Assembly: GCA_947492865.1 (NCBI GenBank)
Contig: CANLOR010001096.1
Span: forward strand, 1 to 61,563
Reading direction: 5' to 3'
Length of the DNA: 61,563 nucleotides
Source of the DNA: Aurantiphycus algarum
Lineage (GTDB): Bacteria; Bacteroidota; Bacteroidia; Cytophagales; Cyclobacteriaceae
Below the pieces are notes generated by a model that saw only the letters and a program-made list of their open reading frames with translations, was not told where the DNA came from and did not search any database. Positions 45,201 to 57,200 of the stretch are shown in pieces. Every line of letters begins with the position of its first letter. Within the stretch, counting starts at the first letter, position 1. The position numbers and the translations under genes are program-made.

Positions 45201-48200
45201 ATCTCACCAAGTTCTATGCGATAGCCCCTTACTTTCACTTGATGATCTGCCCTCCCCATAAATTCGAGCTTGCCATCATTGTTCCATCGTGCCAAATCAC
45301 CTGTTCTATATAATTTCCCACTACCATAAGGGTTATCGATAAAACTACTATTGGTCAGTTGAGGCTGTTCAAAGTATCCCGTAGCCACACCGGCCCCGGC
45401 AATACACAACTCTCCGACTACTCCTATGGGTTGCAACTTATTATTTGTGTCCAGGACATGCACTTTTACATTGTCAAGAGGTCTTCCCAAAATGTTGCCC
45501 TTGCGTAGTTCACCATGGTTTGATTTGGGATATTGGATAGAGGTGCAGAATATTGTCCCTTCGGTCGGTCCATAGGTAACTACGATATCGGCATTGGTAA
45601 AGGTCTGAGCCAGTTTTGTCAAAAGATGGTCCGGTATGACATCCCCGCCGACAAATAATCTTTCTATCCCCTGAAAGTCCTCCTCAAGTCCATTTTCGAT
45701 AATATGATCGCATATCCTTTGGTACAGTGCCGGTACCGTATCCAGCATGCTGGCTTTTTTCAACAGTGCCACGAAATGGGGCATTTCCAGCAATGCTTCC
45801 TTTCCAATGATGATGGATTGTCCTCCATTCGTCAGTGGTGCAAGTAATTGAAATAAAGAGATATCAAAAGCGTGAGAGGCAATGAACGGCATTTTCAATC
45901 GATGGTCCGCCCCATAGTTTTCTTTTACGTTCTCCAGGAAATGGGACAGGTTGGCATGGCTTACCCCCACCCCTTTTGGCCTACCTGTAGTACCGGAAGT
46001 ATAGATAATGTAGGCTAGACTATCGTTGTCAAGGAAGTTTTCTTCGAGTAGTGCGATTGACGTATTGTCCGTCTGTGCATTGGCTATGTGGATAACATTG
46101 ACTCCATACCTTTTGGCAGATTGCACATCGCTATCCACTAAAAGTGTCTTCGCTCTACAATCCGATAGAATAAAGCGAATCCGATCGTCCGGATAAGTCG
46201 TATCGATAGGTACGTAACAGGCCTTTACCTTAAAGAGACCAAATAGGGCTGCCACTAATGCTATGGATTTCTCTACCAGTACCCCCACGACATCCCCTTC
46301 CCTGACACCCGCATCATATAACGTTGCGGCTATCTGCACAGATTTATCTTCGAGCATACCATACGTCACTTGCTCGCTGCCCGATATCAGGGCGATTGCC
46401 TTCGGATTTTGAGCAACCTGTTCCTCAAACATTTCCAAAACTGTTCGACTATGACCGTACTGCTTATCGGTAGCATTGAACTCAAGCAATAAGCGATGCT
46501 GTTCTGCCGTTTCCAACCAAGCAATGTCCGTAAGTTTTGTATTGGGCTCAGAGAGTGTATTGGTCAGTAATTGTCGGTACCTTCCTACCATGACACTGAT
46601 GGTCCGCTCGGAAAACATATCCGTATTGAATTCCACCTCCAGTGACAGTGTCTCAGTACTTTCTATAAACCGAAACGAAAGGTCAAATTGACTGATATGA
46701 ACATCGAGGGGAAAAGGTGAAATCTCCACCTCACCGAACGTGTTCAATCCATCTCCATGCAACTCCTCATTTTCATGAGAAACAATAATGTCAAATAACG
46801 GTGACCGGCTCAGGTCTCTTTTCAGGTCAAGTTTCTCTACCAAGTAATCAAACGGTAAGGACTGATGGTCATAGGCCTCCACGGTGGTTTTTTTCACCCC
46901 TTGCAATAAGTCATGGAAGGTAATGTTTTTATCGAATCGCGTACGTAAAGCGATCGTATTGATGTAAACTCCTATCTGTCCTTCCAAGTCAATGTGATCT
47001 CTACCCAGAACAGGGGTACCCAGTGTGATATCGTTCTGATCGGTATATTTGTAGATCATCAGTTTGAGTACCGTGATCAAAAGCATGAAAGAGCTGACAT
47101 CATTGGAACGGGCATACTTTCTGAGTGATACTAGCAGTGCTCGGGGAATGGTGTACTCCATTTTGCTGCCATTGAAGCTTTTCAATGGTGGTCTACCGTA
47201 GTCCGAAGGTAAATTAATGGGAGTAGGCTGTTCCTGAAATTGTTGTAGCCAAAACTCCTTATGCTTTTCCATGGCCGGTCCTTTCAGTAATTTTCCGTGC
47301 CAGTTGGCATAGTCTTTATAGTTTACCTTCAATGGTTTCGGGCGGGGAACCCTGCCCTGACTAAATGTCTCGTAAGCGTGAACTACTTCCTCTACAAGTA
47401 CCTTTGTAGACCATCCATCGGAGATAATATGGTGCATAGCGAACAACAACACAAAGCTATCTACCTCTACCTGTAGCAAAGTAACTTTCATCAGAGGGTC
47501 CGATTTTAAATCGAAGACCGTTCTTATGGTTTTTTCGGCATAGGTAGAAAGTACCTTCTCTTGATGGGAGTGTCCACATAGATCGATATGTTCCATAGGA
47601 AAGACATAAGTATCGACATCCTTTACTTGTTGTACGAGCTTGTCTCCTTGTAGATAAAAATTGGTCCTGAGTATCTCATGGCGCGAAACCAATAACTGGA
47701 ATGATCTGCTGAGCGCATCGATGTCCAGTTTACCTTTTATGCGGTGAGCACCGCATATGTTGTAAGCATTGCCGGTATCGTCCAGTTCTGACAAGAGCCA
47801 GATTCTTTTCTGAGCGTGGGATAGCTCGTAATGGGACTGTTCCCTTATGATTTCGATAGATTCAAAACGGTGTTTTTCCGTATTTTCTATTATCCGGGCG
47901 ATTTCCCGTACCGTAGGACACTTGAAAATAGCCCCTATCTCCACCTCTACATCGAACTGTTGTGCCAGTCTGGAAATAAATCTTGTTGCTTTGAGCGAAT
48001 GTCCTCCAAGCTCAAAAAAGTTATCGTTCTTGCTGACCCGCTCCCTATCAAGTATCTCCATCCATAGGCGAGCGACCATTTTTTCATGAGGTGTTTCCGG
48101 AGCTTCATATGTTGTCTCCGAAAAGCTGTCATTCTCATAGCCCAACAGTGCCGACCGATCGACTTTGCCACTGGTATTGAGTGGCATACTTTCCAATAGG

Positions 48201-51200
48201 GCAATTGTACTGGGTATCATATAATAAGGCAAAAGCGTTTTCAAATAGGCCTTTACTTCATCTTTACTGATAGGGCTTCCTGTAGTAAGGTAGGCATGTA
48301 GGCTTTTATCACCGACATTGTCTGCTTTGACCATAACCACAGCCTCCTCTATGGATGCATGCTTTTCCAAGGTCCTTTCGATTTCCCCTAGCTCTATCCT
48401 GTAACCCCTCAGTTTGACCTGATCATCGCTTCTACCAATAAAGTCAATATTTCCGTCCGGAAGGTATTTGGCCATATCTCCAGTCTTGTACATTCTACTA
48501 AAATGGATTTGCGGATCGAAAACAAATGTTTTGGTACCGCTAAAGCTCCAAAGGGTATACTCTTGGATACCATCCCTACTGGCTACTACATAAGGTATAG
48601 GTACTATCCTGATATCCCTCGCACCCAGATGGTAGAGTACCTGTACCAGTCTGAGCTTATCGTCAGCTTCATTTTGTCCCATGCATACCCAATGCTTTTC
48701 TTGGGAGTACACTATCTTATTTTCCACGTCGCCATCATCTATCGGTACTACGGGAAGTAGTGTTTGAAGTGCAAAACGCCCTCCTTCTTTTAAAACGCCG
48801 AGTAGATTGCCTATCAAATTATGTGGTTTTTCTACCCTGTCCAACAACAGTGTGGACAGGGCGAAGTCCTTGCTTCCTATTTCCATACCGTATGCCGATC
48901 GGAAAGCATTAAACTCCACATCTACCACACCATGTTGTACCGAAAGCCCTTGTTGTCGGGCATATTGTACCGAATAGGGACTCAGCTCCAAACCGTGTAT
49001 GTCCGCATCCATAGACCGGAGGACATTCATGATTTCGGCATTACCAAAACCCAGTTCGACACCTTTTTTTCCGCTAAGGCCATCTTCAAAAGGAAAGAGA
49101 TAGTTGAGTACCTCTTCATTGATACCTACCGAGGCATAACTATGATAAAGTCCTTCAAAAAAGTAGCGGCAGAAACAATCGTATTTTACCTTATTGTCCC
49201 TATGATTTTCAATATAGCCAATAGTGGATAGCCGAATGTCTTCATCCAGTGCGGACAGCTTCTCCGACAATGCTTCGATGTCATTGATTTCATAGGCTTC
49301 CTGATTTTTCTCCGGTACTGCCAGTGGGAATCCCGAAGACCTGAAGTCTTCGATTTCTTTTTTGCTGCCTTCAAACTGCACATCGTGGATGAGCTCATAT
49401 TTATCGGAAAGGAAGTATGGGTTGGGTACAAATTTCGACAAAGTAGCTACGTTGTTGTTTAGGTAGCCCCTAGCTATACCCGGCCCGGATAAATACATCT
49501 CTCCTTCGATGTTGTAGGCTACCGGTTTTTGAAACTTGTCCAAAATATAGCTGTGGGTATTGAAAATCGGCTCCCCAACGGGAACGGTACCCTTAGCCTG
49601 GTATCGAGATTGTTCTATTTCATAGAGATGAGAATAAACAGTATACTCCGTAGGCCCATAGGCATTCATAAAGCGGCACTCGGCAGACCACTTTTTTGCT
49701 AGGTCCTGTGAACACACCTCACCGACAGATACGATGGACATCCTGTGGATATGCTCGATTTGAGAAGGCTCCAGTTGACGGAGCATCGAGGGTACAAATA
49801 CTCCTACGTCCACCTGATACCGATTGATGAAAGCAATAAGCTGTTCGGCGGTCAGTTCTTTGCTATACATACACAGGGTAGCGCCATTGAGCAATGCCAT
49901 AAATGTTTCTCCTACGGCACCATCGAAGCTGTAGGAGAAGTTCTGGAAAATGTTGCTTTCTTCCGAAAGTCGGAAATTGACCTTTTGCCACTGGGTGAGG
50001 TTGATGACGCCATGGTGTTCGATCAGTACTCCTTTCGGCCGGCCGGTAGACCCGGAGGTGTAGATCACATAGGCCAAGTCGTCCGGAGTATTGATTCTTT
50101 TTGGATTCACATCTGATGTGTCGATCAAGTCCATCTGTATATCAAGAGCAAAGAGGTTACCGTTCCACCCTTCAAGGCTGAACATACTTTCTGAATCCGT
50201 AAGTAAAGAGTGGAGTCCTGTATCTTCCAGAATGTAGTTGATTCTTTCCTTTGGTAGGTCAGGGTCGATAGGCACATAGGCACCTCCCGCTTTTACTATT
50301 GCCAGAATGCTCACGGCCACCTGCTCAGAGCGGTGAAGCATGATTCCTACGAGGGTATTTCTCTCTACTTCAAATTCCTGTCTTAGGTAATGCGCCAGCC
50401 TATTCGCCCTTTCATTCAACTCCTTGTAAGTAATGGATACCTCTTTGAAGACAATGGCCACAGCCTCGGGGTGTGCGGCGACATGATCTTCAAATACCTC
50501 CACAATAGTCCTCTCGTAGTCATTCTGTTGAAGGGTATCATTGAAATCGCTCAGTATAATATCTCTCTCCTCAATCTGCATATACTCGATAGCCGTCAAG
50601 GGTTCTTGATGTTTTGTGACGATTTCTTCCAGCAGATTTTCATAGTGTGCTATAAATGTAGTAATCCACCTTTCGTCAAACAGGTCGGTACTGTACTCTA
50701 CGACAAAATCTATGCCTTCGTCCTTTTCGATACCGAATAGCCATATATCGGTTTGTGCAAAACGATACCCCGCATCCATGGCTTCGATTGTTAGTTGAGT
50801 ATCAAGACTATCAAAGTAGTCATGCCGTTTTCCATGCCAGGTGAAGCCTACGTCATACAATAGTGACCTGCTGAAATCCCGCTTTAGCTGTAGATCCTCT
50901 ACGAGATATTCCAGTGGGTAGTTTTTATGCTTATCGGCCTCAAGTAAGACCTCTTTGGTGCTTTTCAACAGTTCATCGAAAGGTGCGGTGGCATCAAAGG
51001 TGAGCCTTAAGGGTACATTACAGATAAAATATCCGATTTGCTCCTGTAATTCCGCCCGGTCTCTATTGGCAATCGGGGTGCCTATGACCATATCCGTTTG
51101 TGCTGAATATTTATGGTAAACTATCGCCTGTGTTGCCAGTAATACCATGTAAAGGCTGGCTTCATTTTGTTGGGCTATCTCTTTGAGTCTATTCTTAAGC

Positions 51201-54200
51201 GTTTTATCAATACTAAACTTCTTTTGATCACCATAGAAGGTCTTCCGGGCAGGACGTATACTTTCGGTGGGGAGATTCAGTAGAGGGACCCCATCGGCAA
51301 ACGTTGCTTTCCAATAGGAACGGTTCTCTTCCTCCTCCTCTCGGAGGACTTGATTGTACCATGCTGCATATTCTTTATGTTGGACTTCCAGTAATGGCAG
51401 TGCATGCGTCCGCCCATCTATATCGGCTGCGTACAGGGACAATACCTCCCTGATCAGTATCTCTATGGACCAGCCATCGGCTATGATGTGGTGCATGGTA
51501 AATAAGAAAACGTATTCGCTGGTATGCATCCGTATAAGCTGCGCACGGACCAGCGGGCCATTCATTAGGTCAAAAGGACATTTCGATTCCTCTTCTATCC
51601 TCTGGGCCAGTTCCCTGTTAGGATTATTATCTTTGCTCAGGTCGATTTTCTCTATTTTGAATCCGAGATTACCATTTTCTATCACTTGCCTGACTTCTCC
51701 ATCAATGGTTCTGAACCTAGTCCTAAAACTCTCGTGCCTTTGAATGAGCATATCAAAGGCTCGGGCAAACGCCCTTTCATCCAAATCCCCACTCAAGCGA
51801 TGTACTGCGGGCATAGTATAGACCAGTTTCTCCTCCATTTGGTCCAGCATCCAGAACTGCTTTTGCGAAGGAGTGACCTCATAATGTTCCTGTAGAGGTA
51901 AGGTAGGGATTTTCTGTAGGGTGCGATGGTCTTTATTCTCGATCAGTCTTGCCTGTTCGGCAATCGTCGAATGGACGAACACATCTTCCAACACTATTTT
52001 GATACCGAACTCCCTTTCGATGGCAGAGATCAACCGAATGGCGCGTAGCGAATGTCCGCCCACTTCAAAAAAGCTCTGCCGAGTGCCCACTTCATCTATC
52101 GCTAGGACAGTCGTCCATACTTGGCAAAGTCGGTATTCCGTCTTGCTTTGAGGAGTAGTAATGGAGTTTCCGTTTTTCTCGTTTTTCACTGGCAAAGGCA
52201 ATACCTTTTTGTCCAATTTTCCGCTTGGGGTCATCGGTAGGTGATGATCGATGTTCACCATATGAGTAGGGACCATGTAACTGGGCAGTACCGTCGATAG
52301 GTAACTTCTTAGTTCCGTGGACATCACATCTTTGTCCGCTACATAATAGGATACGAGTTCGTACTCACCCCTTTCATTGGGAATGGCCAGCGTAGCAGCC
52401 TCCTTGATCTGTTCATGCCCTCGGAGCACACTGTCAATCTCTCCGGGTTCTATTCTATGGCCTCTTACTTTCACCTGATCGTCCACCCTACTCAGGTACT
52501 CCAAACTACCATCGGGAAGCCACCGTACAATATCTCCTGTTTGATAGCAGCGTTTGCCTACGAGCGGCAATACCTTGAACCGCTCTTTGGTGAGTTCGGG
52601 TTTGTTCAAATAGCCTTGGGCCAGTCCATCTCCGTCAAGATACAACTCTCCATAAACCCCTATGGGCACCATTTGCCCTAATGTGTCCACAACATAAGCT
52701 CCTGTATTGTGAATCGGCTTACCGATAGGCGCATGGTTAAGTCCAGAAACCTCAGCGCATGTGGCCCAAACGGTAGTTTCGGTAGGGCCGTACATATTCC
52801 ATACTTCTTTTGCCCTCTCAGACAAGCGTTCATTCAAATCATCGCTCAATCGCTCCCCACCTGTCAGTACCCTGAGGTCCTTTCTTCCCTTCCAACCGCT
52901 CTCCATCAGTAATGACCACATACTGGGTGTGGCCTGCATCATGGTCACTTGTTCTTCTTCTATGATTCGCTGTAAGCTTTCGGTATTCGTGGTATCCGCA
53001 CTGGCCACGACGACAACCTGTCCTCCACAAATGAGAGGAAGGAACATTTCCATAATGGATATGTCAAAGACATAAGTAGTGATGGCTATCAATCGATCTT
53101 CCTTCGTAAATCCCGGAAAGGATTTCATACTCAGCAGGAAATTGGTCAATCCTACATGACCTACCTCCACCCCTTTTGGCTTACCCGTAGATCCGGAAGT
53201 ATAAAGTACATAGGCCATGTACCCTTCACTGTCCTTCAATGGGTACATCTCTTTTAGAGACTGTTCCTCCATACCCGTATTCTCTGAATATGAGTCAGTT
53301 GTTATCACCCGAACAGAAGGACTCACTTTTTCCAAGAGAGGAAGGTACTTACCGACCGTGACCAATAATTCCAATCCGGTATCCTCCAAAATATAGTTCA
53401 TCCGCTCTATAGGATGCTGCGGATCTATGGGAACATACCTGGCCCCCAGCTTCCAGATAGCAAGTATCGTTACGATAACCTTTTCTGAACGACCGAGCAG
53501 TATACCTATGGTATCATTAGGCAGAACTGCAAAGTCGGCCTTCATTTGAGCAGCCAAACCATCTACCTTCTTATCGATATCGGCATAGGTAAATGCCTTT
53601 TCCCGAAATACCACGGAAGTGTCCTGTGGGCATTTTTCGACCTGCTCTTTGAACAAGTGATATACATTTTTGTCCTTTGGGTAGTCCTGTCTCTTCGGGT
53701 TAAACGTTTTCAGCAGCTGTTCCTTTTCAACAGTAGGTAGATAGTCAATGGCGGCAATAGCTGTCCCTTCGTTACTGAGTGCATACCTAAGGATTTCCAT
53801 CAGATGACCTCCCATTCTTAGAGCGGTACTCTCTGCAAATAGACTACAATCATATTCCAACCTCAAGGCCATCCCCCTAGGACTTTCCTCAAAGTAAAAG
53901 GTCAGGTCATATTTACTGGCCGATTTGCTCTTTGCACGCCGTTGCAGGGTCAGGTTTCCCAGCTGATAGGCATCAATATTCTGTTCCGTGCTTTGATAAC
54001 TGACCATAACATCAAACAATGGAGCACGGCTCAGGTCCCTACGTAGTCCCAATGACTCTACCAACAGGTCGAAAGGGTAATCCTGATGTTCCAGAGCTTC
54101 GAAAACCATATGTTTTATCCGCTGGAGCAGTCCTTTGAAGCTCTCGCCTCCTTTTAGCTTAGAGCGCAATGGCAGTGTATTGATATACATACCCAACTGC

Positions 54201-57200
54201 TCATCCAAACCAGGGTGATTCCTTCCCGCTACTGCCGTACCTATGATGAGGTCTGACTGGTGACTGTAGCGATAGATAAGTACATTCAGTGCTGTCAGTA
54301 AAGTCGCGAAAGTACTGACCTGTTGACTTTTGCTAAAGGTCTTGACCTGATTGACGAGCTCCTTATCAAAGAGAAAGTGACTGATGGCACCTTCATGAAG
54401 CTTTTTATGGGGTCGTTTGTAATCTGTGGGCAGATTCAGGACAGGCAGTTCTCCTGACAGCCTGTTCAACCAGTAATTCTTATCGTTTTCCAAAAGCCCG
54501 GAAGATAAGCTATTATTGTTCCAGAGGGCATAGTCGCGGTATTGTAGGCGCAGTTCCCCGAGAGGAGAGGGTTTGTTTTCCAATGCAGCGCTATACAGGG
54601 TAAGCAGCTCCTGCATCAGTATTTTACCTGACCAATCATCAGTGATGATATGATGCAAGGCAATGAAAAGTACGTGGCTATTCGCAGCCACCTTTTTGAT
54701 GTCTACTTTTAACAAGGGGCCACTCTCTAGATCAAATGCAGTGGTCAGCATTGTATCTACCTGTTCGCTCAATTTTTGCGCTATATGCTCACTATTTTGA
54801 ATATCGGTATACCCGATTTCGAATCCATATTCCCAAAGCGCGTTTATTTTCTGCCTAGGTTCTCCATCCACGGATACAAAAGTTGTTCTTAGTACTTGGT
54901 GGCGCTGGAGCAAGGCAGTAAAGGCCGACTTTAAACTGTCCATATCCAGATGACCTTCCAGCTCATAGGACTCATACTCGTTATAGGCCAAGGTACCATG
55001 CCCTAAATGGCTCAGTACCCATAATCTTTTTTGTGCATTGGAAACTTCATAGAATTCCTGCTCGGGTTGCTGTGGAATCTCCTTGTACATTTCCTGTTTG
55101 GACAGCTCTATGGCACTGACCAAGTCCTTGACGGTAGGGTTCAGGAAAATATCTTTTATCGATACCTTGACCTTCAAGTCTCTGGACAATACAGCTATCA
55201 ATTGGGTCGCTTTGATAGAGTTGCCACCATACTCAAAAAAATCATCTTCAGCCCTTAACTCATTTATATCAAGCACTTTTGACCAGGATTCCAGTATTTT
55301 CACTCCCAGATCACTGAGCGGTGCTTCCTCATACTGTTGCTCATCATCATCTGCCTTCGTTTGCAGTAGGCCCTTTCTATCCACTTTACCCATCGTGGTA
55401 AGTGGAAAGGCACTTAGACCAACAAACTTGGAAGGTATCATGTAATAAGGGAGATAAGTACTCAGATAATTCCGTAACTCCTTTTTTGTCAATGATTTGC
55501 TACTGACCAAGTAGGCATGTAACTGCCCTGATTCCGTGGTCATGGCGACGACATCGGAAATCAGCTCATGGCGCATCAGTACTTTCTCTATTTCTTCCAG
55601 CTCTACTCTATACCCTCCTATTTTTACCTGAAAATCCTTTCTACCTAAAAATTCTATTTTACCGCCAGTGGTCCACCTTCCCAAATCTCCCGTGAGGTAC
55701 ATTTTCTCATCGGGACGATAGGGGTCGTCCACAAATTTTTCCTCGGTAAGTTCCGGTCTGTTAAAATAACCGCTGGCCAGGCCCGCGCCTCCAATGGCTA
55801 TTTCACCCACGCCTCCTTCGATTTTCAGGCGGTGGTTTTCGTCGAGGAGATAAATTTGATGATGAGCAATGGGAGTCCCTATTATCTCAGCATCCTCCGG
55901 TTTTTCTATCTCGTTGAAGGTTACGCATACAGTGGTTTCCGAAGGACCATAAGTATTAAATAGTCTCCAGGTTCCCCACAAGTTGGAGATGTAGCTGGGC
56001 AGGAGTTTATCCCCACCGCTGATTATCGCTCTGAGACTGCTGAGGCTTTCGGCATGTTGGTTCAGTTCCTTGATGACCAGCGGTGTGGTACTAAGGACAG
56101 TAGCACGATGTTTTTGTATTACTTCCAGCAGCTCATCGGTATTTTTACCGCCTTCTTCGGCGATGACCAGCTTTCCCCCCACACTAAGCACAGGAAACAC
56201 TTCTTCCACGAATGTATCGAAGGCTATGGAGGATTGTTGGATAATGGCATCTTTCTCGTCAATCTGAAAGTAGGCCTTGAACGTAGCTACGTAGTCGCTC
56301 ATAGCGCTATGGGGTATCATCACACCTTTCGGGTCACCTGTAGTAGCGGAGGTGTAGATAATATAGGCCAAGTGAGTGTTTTCTACTCTCTCATTGCTAT
56401 CAATGGGGGACAGTTCTGCGATGCTGCTTTGGAAAAGCGCACTATCTACAATGATGACCTCATGCTGCACTTCGATGAGGCCTTCGGCACTGGCAGTATC
56501 TGTCAATAACAGGGAGACTTTACTATCATGGAGGATATAGTTTACCCTTGCTTCCGGAAAGTCCGGATCTATCGGCACATACGTAGCCCCTGTTTTCAGC
56601 ACAGCGAATATCGTGGGGATCAATAAAGCGGACCTTCCCATCATTATGCCTATCCTATCTCCTACGCTCACAGCAGACCTTTCTTTGATACCCCGAGCTA
56701 TTTGGTTTGCTTTCTCGTTGATTTGCTGATAGGTGAACCGTCTTTCTCCACATACAATAGCTTCGTGGCGAGGAGTCTGTGCGGCTTGTTTTTCGAATGA
56801 AACATGGACAGGTTCCAATGAGATATGGTCCTCTGACCTAGATCGGGAGTAGGCTATCAATTGTCGTCGCTCCTCGGACAGTAGGATGTCCAGTTCCGAC
56901 AAACGTACCTCGGGTCGGCCCATGACCTGATGTATCAAATAGTTGAGATGACGGATGAGCTTTTCGATCTGCATAGCACTAAAGCGGTCCGTGTTATAAC
57001 GAATATCCAATTGCAACTGCTCCTTTTTAGGAATAAAATCGAACTGCAAATCCACAATACTGACGTGATGCTGTACGCTATAATCCTCTATGGTCAGGTT
57101 TTCCATTTTATTCTTCCAACCCGAATGGTCGAAATTCTGAAACAGCACAAGGATATCGAATAGTGGTGATCGATTTATGGTAGATTTCAATCCTAGGTCC

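Noticed and set aside
54635-54655. C-domain active site reading HHIITDD instead of HHxxxDG in module 2 of the 6986-aa NRPS, considered as a sign of an inactive C domain.
   Set aside because: Both His residues and the Asp are retained. The residue after Asp also varies in other C domains of this cluster (DA, DS). There is no basis for calling it inactive.
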